In this document: positions 11,784-24,399 of the stretch, piece after piece | Layout: every line of letters begins with the position of its first letter | How positions within the stretch are numbered: position 1 is the stretch's first letter | Assembly (NCBI RefSeq): GCF_006345805.1 | Contig: NC_042997.1 | Span: forward strand, 84,568,001-84,632,000 | Source of the DNA: Octopus sinensis | Taxonomy: Eukaryota | Length of the DNA stretch: 64,000 bases | Direction: 5' to 3' | Notes under the pieces: generated by a model | The model's database searches: none | What the model saw: the letters and a program-made list of their open reading frames with translations, nothing else | What the model was told of the DNA's origin: nothing | Made by a program: the position numbers and the translations under genes

Positions 11784-12396
11784 TATATATATATACATAC
11801 ACACACATCCACCCGCATATATATGTGTTTGTGTGTGTGTGTGTGTGTGAGTGTAAACCTACGGACTAGACAGATAGGCATCAAATATATTTTCATTAAA
11901 TCGATTTTTTAAGCCTTAATTGGAGTCTTATCGGAATTGTCTACATCACTTGACCTACTTCAGGGAAGCAAATAGAAAGCTTGTTCGTATATATACTCGG
12001 ATCTAATAGTTTGAGAGGACTGGATTGCTAATTTACATACCATAAGAGTTAAAACTTTATTTAATATCAGAAGCCAGTCATTGTGGAACGTAGTCCACTC
12101 AGTATCAAGATATCGTGTATGTACACATCCTTCCCTTCTGTATGAAAGTACAGAAGAGAGGAAACGTGAGGAGAGAAACAGGAATGAAAGTATGTATGTG
12201 TGACTGTCTGTTTTCCTATTTTATTAAAACTTCCAGACAAAATTGTTTCCGGTCTTGTGTACAACACCAAAACTGTTCTCAGTTTGTGCACAAAACTACA
12301 GATCTTCTGTAAATAGTTAGATATAAAACTATGTACTGAAGAAACAAACTGAGCAATAAATAACTGATTAAGCGGTCGAGTGCTCACAGCATATCT

Positions 12397-12524
12397 CTTA
12401 CAACACCTAAGTTTTCGAAATGATCAGCCACCCATCTAACTAGTAACTGAGATCGAAGTTGCTTAACTTCGGTGATCAGACGCAAAATGATTTTTTCAGC
12501 TTTCAGCGTCTTATGGCCGTAAAC
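12397..12524 (-). pseudogene. 5S rRNA pseudogene
   Basis: Minus strand GTTTACGGCCATAAGACGCTGAAAGC...GTCTGATCACCGAAGTTAAGCAACTTCGA...GATGGGTGGCT...GGTGTTGTAAG aligns by eye to metazoan 5S; box A intact, many substitutions, small insertion, no T-run terminator. Confidence 0.85.
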
Positions 12525-12713
12525 CGCAATTCGTGTTAGTATCTTAAACGTTACATCTGCAAAGCCTAGACAATCGTTAGTCAGTTATTCTAACACACAT
12601 ACTAAGGCGGTTGTCTGAATGCAAGCGGGAATGTAAGGTTTGAAAGTTTGTTTTATAACTAAGTCGTTCAGCGTTCGACTTTGCACCACGAGGCTTAGGA
12701 GAAGTGTTTTCTA

Positions 12714-13430
12714 TCAGCTCATCCCATATGTTCTGTCCGATTTTACCTTTTTTAAAATTGAATGAAATTTAATAGCATTTTAGAATGTCGAATGGAGTTA
12801 AAAATTATTTTTATGCATTTGTGTACATTTAAACTAATTAAATATTATTTTACAAAATAATAGAATTAAAATTTCTTTGATTTAAATCCTTTCTAACATG
12901 GAAGTATCCAAGGAGCATTGAAGGTATGTGATGCTTTATGAGTACAAAAAAGGAAACTCTGCAGGCGAAGCGACTCGAAACACACACACAGTTTATGCGA
13001 AAGAATGGTTGAATGAAAGAACTTGCAGAAGATGGTTTGCAAAATTTAGAAGTGGAGATTTCAGCCTTGAAGCTATAGATCGAACAGGACGTCTAGTTGA
13101 GTTTGATGATAAGCTCCTTGAAACATTACTTGAAGAAAATGCTGCATTATCAGTTGAAAAATTGGCAATAAAGCTTAGTTCAAACCATACGACTGTTCAT
13201 CGTAATCTTCGACAACTTGGAAAGGTTCCTGAACTTGGAAAATGGGTGCCTCAAGAATTGTCCGAAAGCAACCGCATATCCCGAGTTAATATCTGCTCTT
13301 CTCTCCATTCTCGCGAACTCATTTCACCTTTTTGGATAGACTTGAGACTGGTAACGAAAAATGGATCTTGTAGGGAAAAAGCTCAACCACAACCGAGAAG
13401 GGAACTTCATGGAAAAAAAGGTTCTTCGCT
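12714..13430 (+). mobile_element. mariner transposon, 5' half (3' truncated, internal deletion)
   Basis: TA + TIR TCAGCTCATCCCATATGTTCTGTCCGATTTT; ORF 12928-13482 has mariner HTH regions (RRWFAKFRSGDFSLE, GKWVPQEL); same family as 62450-63704; appears inserted into a decayed SINE head at 12600-12711. Confidence 0.93.
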
Positions 13431-13559
13431 CCATCAAAAACAATCCTTTGGACTAAACAAATTTTTATTCTTATGTCAATAGAATATTGGATAATGCTAT
13501 CAATTGTTTTATGCGTTTAAAATTTCGTCAATAAAAGGTGAGATTAAAAACAAACAAAA

Positions 13560-14660
13560 AACCTCAAATTATTCATCATTTTCTTTAGTAATAACTAATA
13601 TAGTTTCAGTTTATCTATAAAGAAAATGTGAGAATCGGGGTATCCATTTCTATCATCACTATCTTTAGTGACCACTGTCTTTTGTAACAGGTTTAATTAG
13701 AAGAGAAATGCATTACTGCAAAAACATCGCTACGTGGGGAATTTTGATAACGTATGATTAGATTTGATTGGTTCGTTTCCTTATTGTAAAGTAATACAGT
13801 ACGCTAAGTCCTTGGTGTCGACAAGCAGCTACCAGTGGTTGCAGAAATTTGGCTATATACCATATTTCGATGATCCACCTATTTGGTATACAATCAAAAG
13901 CTTTGTGATTGTCAAGTATCAATACAACCTGATATTTTCTTACTATTTCTTCAATCATTTCGTTTCTTAGAAGTTGTTTGATCTACGAAGCTCCATACTT
14001 CCTCAAGTCTTCTCCTTTTCTAGGTTTCACAAAAGTTTTAGAAGAACAATGATCCGGTAAGAAGAGATTAAGGCTCCCAGTGTATGTCTCATACGATTCT
14101 TTTTTTCAACGTTGGCTATATGTTCTTGTTTCAGCTGATGTGATTGAATTATTTAGTTGGAACATGATTTTATTTTTCGGCAGACAAAAGTACGTGTATG
14201 ATAAGGCGTCTACTTTTTGTTTTTTTCAACTCTATGATGTAAACAACATATCCTGTAGGGCTGAAGATGCCATATTACTCTATGCAGTACATCATTTTAA
14301 AGGGTTTTTCTCGAACCACGCAGACCAATATATCCTGTCGATGAGTTTGTAGACTTTACTGCGAAATGCTTTTCCCTAATTTCTTCCTAAGAGAGACTGT
14401 GATTTGATGCGATGACGAGATCTGGTCTGCTATAATTTCTAACACAGACTATGGAATCTTGAGTTCATTCATGCGTGTACCTTGGGCTTCACATGAAAGC
14501 GCATTGAAGAATGTAAAAGAAACAGTTCAACTGTATCCATAAATGTTCGTGCCTTCTCTAACTTGAGTGTATGAGTCCACATGCATTTCTTTTTGATGTA
14601 CCCTATCAGTATAACATTTCTCTGTCTACCTTGAAGTACTATATTGGCGAGAGAAATCGT
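13560..14660 (-). mobile_element. R4/Dong-type (RLE) non-LTR retrotransposon RT fragment
   Basis: Minus strand LDNHKAFDCIPNRWII (cf. WxDYxKAFDSVPHxWI) and SHIFFIDKLKLY (cf. HLFFxDDLKLY); heavily decayed. Confidence 0.6.
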
Positions 14661-15607
14661 GACATCCTTTCAAACGGCTGAAGTAATTATTACGAACCAC
14701 GAAGTAGTACGCATAAAAATGTATGACTGAAACAGCATTTGTTTCCGTTTGGTCAAGTGTGTCGTTCATGCAGAGTTAAAATCGCATTAAAACTTATTGC
14801 GTACGCTCTTTTTCTTTGCTCGTAAACGCGGGGAAGACATTAAATATTCAGTCCTGAATTAAATGTCATATTCTTACAATGCTTGCATGTTCACATATAT
14901 ATATATGTATATATATTAATATATAGAACCCTGATACTTAAAATTTGAATATATTATTTGAAGCGATACACTTTAGAGACCACACGTAGACAACCAAATA
15001 ATAATAGCAGATATAGCTCTAATCAACACTAAATAAGTCCATACAACAAATGCGGGAACTGTATTTTGTGTCCGGTAATGCTTATAAGAGGAGAAAATAG
15101 ATACATAATTAAACACTATGAAACAAAACACATATCAAATTTTCATAAATTTGCATGTATTGCCTAGCCTTTATAAATTAATATTATGAGTATATCGGAG
15201 AAATTAAATGTCTATTTGATGTGAATTTTTGTCAATATATTTTCAAAATCAACAATAAAAATTAAAATCATCCGGTAAAACATATAGAAATAGGGTGTAA
15301 TTGGCAAAAATTATGATAACAGGAGAAGGATCATGAAATATCAATTTATTATTTAGTTTCAAATTATTAACCGCGACACACACACACGCACAAGCAAGCA
15401 AGCACATATACGCACACACCCCTACTTGCAAGCACACACACACACAAACACAGAGAGGCACATATATACATACGGCATCGCACCCATCTCTAAGTTGCAC
15501 GAAGCATTCACATAACCATAAACATTTATTGTCAGAAAATAATTGAATTGGCATCATAAATTAATTTCTTCTGCATTGTGTGTATGTGTGTATGCGTGAG
15601 TATATGT

Positions 15608-15668
<61 letters not shown>

Positions 15669-15857
15669 TGTATATATATATATATATGTATAGATATATA
15701 TATATATATATACATATATATTAATATATGTATATATATGTGTAGATATATATATATATATATATCAATTATCATATATATATATATATATACATATTTA
15801 TAATATATATATATATATTATAATATAATATATATATATATATATATATAATCATAT

Positions 15858-15891
<34 letters not shown>

Positions 15892-16814
15892 CATACACGT
15901 GTGTGCAAATCTGTGTAAGTTCCTTATGTCTGTATGAGTAATTACAATTATTTTCTTATGTTCATATTAAAAAATAAAATAAAATGGTATAACACAACCC
16001 CTTTCTCTGTTAACGAAAAGAAATTTACTAGGCAACAACATAGCATTGAAATATATATGTATATATTTTTGTAATATACAAGAACACATTTTGCCTATTT
16101 AGAATGTCATACTTGGAAAATACACTTTGCTATAGTGAGTTTTCATGTTCACAATAATATTACTTCCGTCGGGTACCACAGAAACATTCTCGAAACTTAT
16201 AAATCAACTTCCTATTTTCTACTGAAACATGAACACTCACGCACATGCAAACCTGTGCGTTCACTCACGTTCACACCACACGTTCAAACGTAGAAGCACA
16301 GACGCACACACACTCACACACGCATACACGCACACACATACACACAGACAATATGGTTCTCCTCTCTCTCAATATGAGAGTGTATGTGTATATATATATA
16401 TATATGTATGCACATAATATACATACATACACACACACACATGTTTATGCACACACACACTGACACAAAGACACACACACACACTTATAACTGCTCTCCT
16501 TCTGTGTAATTTCCTACATTCCATTTGGTTACCCTAGCAATCCCGCTATTTGTTTCTTTAAGTTCTTTTACGATTCTATGCACAAACATATCCCACACAA
16601 TTCTGATTACGTAATGTATGTGTTTCATTAATATATGTGTGACTGAGTGGTTGTGTTCATATATACATACATACATAGATACACACACACATACACACAC
16701 ATATATATATAAACTTACTTGGAAACGGATGCGTGTTCATTTAAATAATAATATAATACACACACACAGAGAAATATATATAATATATATATATAATATA
16801 TTATATATATTCAT

Positions 16815-17650
16815 ATATGGGTACAGTATGTCACCAGCAGTAAACAGCATGAAATACAAAAACAAATAAATCAAATACGCAAACAACGAGAGAAAAAAAT
16901 GGAAGACAGGACAAGTAGCACAAAGAACGACCCTTAATCATTTGGTGGCTGTCTATCTACTTCTCATTTCGAGCATTGAACGTCAATATGAGTCTTCGAA
17001 GACAGTTGCTCCCATAAATACCAAAATAAAATTTTTAATTTATGGAGGCTTAAAGTTGGGAACAAAAACAGGACAGTGGAGATATACAAGTAAAGAGAGA
17101 GACATTCCCTTTTCTCCCCATCACCGTTTTCTATCTGTCTCTCTTTCTCCCTCTTTCTCTTTTGTCGCTCTCGTTGCTCACACGTGATCATCATCCATCT
17201 TTGTTTTCCTCGCGTAAGCATCTTTCTTTTACTCCAGGACGTCCAAAGAACTGGACGTCTTCTATATCTCTCTTTTTTCTCCTTTCAAAGAAAATATTTC
17301 TCTAGCGTTCGCTATTTTACCCTCGTTCTACTCTAGCGACCCTCCATGTTTGTTTTCGTTCAATTTCCTTGTATGTCTTCACTCTCCTGCTTTTGTGCCC
17401 AACTTTCACCCTTCATAAATCCAAAATTTAATTTTGGTATTTATGGGAGCAACTGTCTTCGAAGACTCATATTGTCGTTCAATGCTCGAAATGAAGAGTA
17501 GGCAGCCGACAACTGATGAAGGGTCGTTCTTTGTGATACTTGTCCTGTCTTTCATTTTTTCTCTCGTTGTTTGCATTTTTAACTCATTTGTTTTCGTATT
17601 TCATGTTGTTTACTGTTGGTGACGTCCTGTGCCCATATATGCATCTATAT
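16815..17650. repeat. Fold-back inverted repeat, ~280-bp arms (PLE pLTR-like family)
   Basis: 16815-17095 is the diverged reverse complement of 17370-17650; ~275-bp pyrimidine-rich spacer; related to 8984-9351. Confidence 0.85.
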
Positions 17651-17709
17651 AAATATATATATATATATCTACTGACAAATACATGTATATATAAGTATAT
17701 ATATGTATG

Positions 17710-18237
17710 GTGGCTGCCCCCTCGTTATCGAGTATGACCATTGCACGAAGCTTAAACAATGTTGTTATCGTGCAATGCCTGTGCAAGAAGATTTTTTTTA
17801 AAGTGAAGAAAGGCTGTGCACTGAGTCAATCCCACTCACTAAGCAACAACAGCCATAATTCGAAAAGAAGAACAAGTCAGCATCATCGGTAACCACTGGG
17901 CCACAGGTTTTATGTCGGAGCTATCCCAGTTACCTGAGTTACCTTCTCCTTGAAGGATGCCCTAACAAAGGCTAGGAGTCCTTCACTCCCAATGGATTAA
18001 CTGTGCAATCGGGTACTCAGTCCGATTATTTCTATGTCTCCGCGCATGATACAGCCTGAAGACATTTATTGGATGGCCGTTGATTCTCAAGAGTTCCTCC
18101 ACCCTTTGACAGGTTTTGTTTTTCATCCCGCAGGGTGTCCAATAAACACCCTCCTCACCAAGCAAGCTTGGTGGGGTTGCCGGTTTAGTCGCCGACGACC
18201 CGACCATGCAACAGGTTGTACTGGGTTACATGTTACC
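17710..18237 (-). mobile_element. Non-autonomous element with RTE-like 5' UTR sequence
   Basis: GGTAACATGTAACCCAGTAC...GGCGACTAAACCGGCAACCCC...GGAGGGTG...GGACACCCTG is shared with 60530-60715; later CCTTCAAGGAGAAGGTAACTC resembles RTE 5' UTR motifs; class assignment is inference. Confidence 0.55.
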
Positions 18238-18292
18238 AGTATATATATGTATATATACATACATACCAGTATATATATGTATACATACATAC

Positions 18293-18374
<82 letters not shown>

Positions 18375-18929
18375 TATAAGTAGATGTGTAGTTTGTATAT
18401 ATGTATACATAATATTTTATAAAATTTTGATTATTATTTCTCTGACGTCCGAGGTTCCGTAAGCTACGAAACATATTTAGCCTTGATTTTATCTACTCCT
18501 TTCTATAATTTTTGAATACACACACATACACATATGTATGTAAATGTAGATATATACGTGTATACACACACACATATATCATATGTACGTTTTGAAAGAG
18601 CGAGTACTTAATACAATGTATTGTATAATATATGAAGATGATTCATACTAATATATGTTACACAAGCGTTACTCTACTTTATGTTCAGTGCAGGCGTGGG
18701 TGCAATTTAAATGGTAGACGGATAACATTTTCACTTCTCAGAAAATTCCTTATTTATTCATACGCTAAGCTAATGCATTCATTCATTCATTCATTCATTC
18801 AGTCATCCATCCATTTATACATACATACATACATGCGATTTACTCAGGTTTAAAATGTGACATTGTTTTTGTTATCTACCTTCCAACGATGGAGCTTTGC
18901 ATGTTTGTTAGAAACCAGCTTCTCCTTCA

Positions 18930-19800
18930 AAGGAAGAATTTAAATAATTAAAAACAGAGAACATATATATAAACATTTATACATAGACGTACAAACTCGC
19001 AAGCTGCTCGGTATTACTAGAAACTTCAACATCAATAGAAAATTAGACAGGCTATATCTCCCATGCAAGGATGGCGACAGTGGTCTTAAATCTGTATTAA
19101 TATCATTTGAAGCAGGTATCATGACACTGAAGCAATATCTGCAGCAAAGGAAAGAGACCAGTAAATATCTTGGCCAAGATTTCGAGCAGGAAATCGGCAG
19201 CATAATTAGGAGAGCTAGTGAACTTAAGGAGAGGCATGAAATATGAACTGATGCAGATCTTTCCCTAAGGATAATTGGTAAATTTTATTTATCAGAAGAA
19301 CAAAATATAAAAATGGACAAATTCACTGAGAGTGTATTGCATGGATACTGGGTACGAAAGACGCAAGTCATAGAAGGTATTGATGATATCAAAATCTTAG
19401 TATAGAGTGCCGACAATTTTATGACATCCCACTTTGAAGGTTACCTCCATGCAGTTTAAGACAAGAAATCACGCCCAACTACAACCATCAAACACATTAT
19501 TGCCAACTGCGAGAACATGTATTCTAGATATTACTTTTCAAAGAGGCATGATGCGGTGATGCGGTGACCAGAATAATCTGGAACAGGATAAGATAAAAGA
19601 AAGTATTAACAGAGGAAGTTTTCTTTATTGAGACCGATTGTCAAAAGAATATTGGTGGAATATAAACATTAAAACAGTTACCAAGTTAAACACAACCGGA
19701 CAGATATTGCGATGTGGGACTACGAGAAAAATAGATGATTTGTTGTGGAAATAAGGTACCCACTGTGCACAAATAGGGCCATATAAATACAGGGGTAAGA
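18930..19800 (+). mobile_element. R4/Dong-type LINE fragment (RT C-terminus to RLE)
   Basis: DVQTRKLL...LDRLYLPCKDGDSGLKS, HIIANC...RHDAV and EYWWNINIKT read across frameshifts. Confidence 0.65.
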
Positions 19801-19950
19801 ATAAAAATCTATGGGCCTACGCAAAAAATATTTATAGTTTTATAACTATTATTATTGGAGTAATAGGATATGTATTAACCCGCTCGGAAAAAATTATGTA
19901 TTTTCACACACACACACGCACACACACACATACACACACACACACACACA

Positions 19951-19987
<37 letters not shown>

Positions 19988-20169
19988 CACACACACACAC
20001 AAACGTATGTAAGTATATGTGTGAGTATATTTGTCCTCTAGAAAACCAAAGTTGCATGGAGCCTAATGAAATTCTTACTAAAAGACATATGTAACCTCTA
20101 TGGAATTTGTTGAGCACTACTTTCTTTCATTTTTCCACTCTCTCATATACATATATGTATGTATATATA

Positions 20170-20207
<38 letters not shown>

Positions 20208-20412
20208 CTGTAGGTGCATTTTTTTAATGTGTGCAAATAACAAGGAAAAATTAAATAAATAATTACCAGAGTAGCAAAAATTCACATAAGTGCCAAGAAT
20301 ATCACAGCCTACTTATAAAGGTAGAAATTCCATGGTCAAGTGAAATGTTTTTGAATGACATGGTTAAATTAAGAAAAGTAGTCAAACGCTGGTGTTATTC
20401 AAATCATTTATA

Positions 20413-20501
20413 TTTCCAGCATATGTTTCGAAGAAAGCATTGAGTTTAATTCGGAGGGAATAAAAATGATGTAAAATAATGCAATAATCTCGTCAGGGAA
20501 A
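20413..20501 (-). ncRNA. Type I hammerhead-like motif with 60-nt helix II insert
   Basis: TTTCC-CTGACGA-(60 nt)-GAAAC-ATAT-GCT-GGAAA: perfect 5-bp helix I, intact core boxes, cleavage triplet reads GCU. Confidence 0.55.
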
Positions 20502-21348
20502 GAATGGAACAAAATACATCAATAAACCATTTTAACTGAATGAGATTACCGTGTATATGATAAAGGGGAACGCTAGCAAGTTATTTTTTAAAAAACAGTT
20601 TATAGATTTAACGTCAAAGGTACTTTAGAGAAAGGCAAGGAGGAAAAAGAAATTAAGAGAAAATTAGGAGTGGAAACATATAGTGTGATAGATGAATGGG
20701 AATAAAGCTTAAAAGTGTGGAAATAGATATATATATATAATGGAAATGAAATGTAAGAAGAATGTGTTCTCAAGGAAAAAATTCAATAAAAATCCAAAGT
20801 GTAAAATAAGCAAGAAAATGAAAATATAAAAATAAAAAACCATTACCTATGTACTAATTAGTTTCACTTGTTAATATTTACGTATATGGACACGTAAACA
20901 TCTGCAAGATCTTCAGCATAGTCTGTCGTTTACAAAACACAATTTCCAGAATTAGATACAGAACGCTCAACCGAAATCCAGTATGTATAAAGTCATACAA
21001 ATTACATTTATGTGTATCTTTCAAATGCCTTCACTTTGGCGCCCTGAAGTCCGAAATTACTCTGCAGTTAATAAATTACAGCAGTCAATTTACCGGTTAG
21101 AGAACATTTTTTATAGAAAATTAAATAAGGGTAGAAATTGATATTAATCAATTAAAACCAGTGGCCTAGCATATTTTTAAAAAATCCGAAGATTAAAATT
21201 TTTTACATACAAAATTTAGAGGACTGACCACTAAAAGTGGACAGCCTGCTTGATATAGACATCAAAATCGCCATTTTCCACGAAGAATGTGTTCTCAAGG
21301 AAAAGTTCAGCAAAAACCAAGCTGTAAAAATAATGTATAATAATAATA

Positions 21349-21381
<33 letters not shown>

Positions 21382-21440
21382 CATACATACATACATACGT
21401 ACATACATACATACATACCTACATAATATATATACATATA

Positions 21441-21480
<40 letters not shown>

Positions 21481-21481
21481 G

Positions 21482-21510
21482 TACCTAGGTTTTCGAACAC
21501 CTCTCATCAC
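21482..21510 (-). ncRNA. Degenerate hammerhead-like motif
   Basis: GTGATGA-GAG-GTG-TTC-GAAAAC-CTAG-GTA with palindromic helix III ACCTAGGT; helix I not recoverable. Confidence 0.3.
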
Positions 21511-21524
21511 GAAGAAATCGTGCT

Positions 21525-21572
<48 letters not shown>

Positions 21573-21604
21573 TACACACACACACACCACACACACACAC
21601 AAAC

Positions 21605-21664
<60 letters not shown>

Positions 21665-22576
21665 TATATAATATATATACATATACACAAATCACGATTA
21701 CTTCCTGTGTGTGTATATATGTATGTATGTATATACGCCCTTATAAATTTACATGTATGGATATATTAATAGTATCAATGACCACAGAAATTTTGAATGC
21801 ATATCACATCGTAAACTTACATAAAGGACATTATTTAATAAAGCTTTCGATATTGTCACAGTAAAATGCCAATATTACATAAGCTATTAAGTTGTACATA
21901 TATCTGTCATATAGAACCCGAATAAGACTTAACAGGAACCAGAACAAGCGTTTGCCTGAAACAATCTCCGTCTTGGAATGATTCCAAAATTCGAGTGAAT
22001 AATACAGCCCAAAACAAAGCCTTAATAATTTATTCAATTTTGCTCTCTGCAATTAAAGTATAGCGAAGAAAAATTTGACTATGTTATTTAGCATATTTGT
22101 TTATGCTTATTCATACCCGCTGACTTCTTTTCTGTGTGTTTGCTGTGTGTCAGTGTGCGTGTGTTGGATAGATATATAATCAATCGCATTCGCTTCGGTC
22201 ACTGCAGTAAGAGACTGATAATGCCATGGAGACGGGGTTATGGTCTGCCCGCGCGCGCGCGCACGTGTGTGTGTGTGTGTGTATGAGTGAGTGAGTGAGT
22301 GTGTGTGTGTGTATTCAACTGGAGTATAAACTTTCAATTATGCATACCTATGTGTAAAGGCATACAGAAGATACGTACCCAGTATATCCTATACATATTT
22401 TGGAAGACGTACACACAGACATATGCACATACATATATATATATATAATATATATAATATATATATATTATATATATAATATATATCTATATATATATAT
22501 ATATATGTATAATATATATATGTATACATGTATATATATATGCATATATACCATGTATATATATATATATTACATA

Positions 22577-22618
<42 letters not shown>

Positions 22619-22779
22619 ATACATACATACCTACATATATACATATATATTACATATGCATATACATTTATACATGTACATATATACATACAGATTTATA
22701 TATCTATGTATACGTGCATACACGAATGTACAAATGTAAGTATTTATGTGTGTTTCTGTGTATATCTTTGCGTTCGCAG

Positions 22780-22811
22780 GTGAATGTGACTGAGAAGATA
22801 AGAGATTACTT
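22780..22811 (+). CDS. Candidate micro-exon of an unidentified gene
   Basis: Acceptor TCTTTGCGTTCGCAG, donor GTGAGT, open frame [10 protein letters not shown]; no homology recognised. Confidence 0.25.
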
Positions 22812-24399
22812 GTGAGTACGTATATCTATATGAATATGGATAAACGAATATAATGCTGAAAATATATGCCTGGGCGTGCGCGAGTGTGTGTGTGTGTTTG
22901 CGTGTGTGTGTGTATGCGTGTGTGAATTTGTTTGTATATCTATCTGGATATCTTCCTTCGTCCTGAAGTACAAGTCAGACTCCATCACGTAACAAATTAC
23001 CCTATACTTCAGATCAAATTATTATTTAGCATTCTAATGAAGTGACAATACGATCAGAACAGATCAATTCATGAAGTGCATGCCATCGAGTGTGAGCTTT
23101 GTCTACTTTACACTGTTTAAAAATAGCAGTTGTTAATACGTGACTTAATATTTTATAGGTTTTTTTCTCTAGTGCTATGTTGAACTCATTGTATATATTT
23201 TTGTGCGACAAATCTCTTTGTTTTACCCAATGACTAATTGATTCGATTATCTGTGATTTACTAAACAATTTCCATTGAATAAACTCTCCATACGTTCCAA
23301 ATTAATCGAGTTAGTCTCGACTTACACCATACAAAAAAATTGAAGCAAAATTTATTTAATTTTCGGAAATATACTGTCCATCAATTTCTTGCCTCTGTGG
23401 AGTTGTTCCAGATTAGACGCATGTTCTAAGAGTGAAACATTTTGCGAATTTCTCTTCCGTGTTTTGAGATTTTTGATACATTTTATGGTTACTTATCCAT
23501 AAATATTATAAATATGTGAAATATCAGCTAAATCTACATCTTTGTCGCAAGTTAAGATCTTTTACCATTGGCAGACTGGCTCTTGCATATTCCTGATATA
23601 TACAGTTAGAAGTATGGAACTAATTTTTAGTGCCAAATTGGATTCGAACTGTTGATCATTATGTTGATATTCCAATATCCTCCCTACTCGGCCATTTCAC
23701 TTTCACATGGATATTACAAAGGTGTATTCTCTGGAGCTTACAATATTGTTTGGTGAAATTAGGATCTAAGCACTTCTGGTTGATATTAAGTTTACGTTAG
23801 AAAATAAGCAGCCATGTCTTCCTACATTGAGATTTGACAAGAATAGTTGTTTAAAATGCTCTCCAGATGGTAATACGAATGAAAAATAGAATATTTCCAT
23901 TCATGTAATTTCAGGAGCTTTGAGTCGCGGTGTTCTTTATTTTCATGGAAAGCAAAAAAATATTGCCTCACTATTTGACGAATTCTTTAGAAATTAAATT
24001 GTTTTTTTTTTCCAATAGTATTCACTTGTAGGCTATCCATCAATTTTGTAATAAGATTTACTTCAATATTGTCGTTGATTGAACGATATAACTTCAGCTT
24101 TTTTGCGCAACTAATTATATGTGATGAATAGCTGATACCCTTAGTGTTGATTATCTCAATGTAAAAGTTGCTGTGAAGTATATCTGCGAAAAGAAGTCAT
24201 TGTAAAATAAAATTAATTTCTCCCGATTTTGTACGATACCAACTTTCTTCTAGTTGATTGTATCAAACACAGAAAATTACTGGTTTAAAGTGCAGAATAG
24301 ATGACGACGTTAATTGGTATCGCACACCATCAACTGAAGCGTCAGATCTATAGATCGTACAGACATAATTTTGTATTTTCTATTGCCAAGGCATTTACC

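Noticed and set aside
12071-12188. Open plus-strand segment between AG and GTATGT
   Set aside because: Weak acceptor and no recognisable protein similarity
17440-17500. Possible hammerhead in the fold-back arm (CGAAGA...CAATGCTCGAAATGAAGAG)
   Set aside because: Helix II and the NUH triplet cannot be formed consistently in either arm
23300-24330. Possible CR1/L2-type RT remnant on the minus strand (KLKLYRSI)
   Set aside because: Only one short motif is recognisable; too degraded to call
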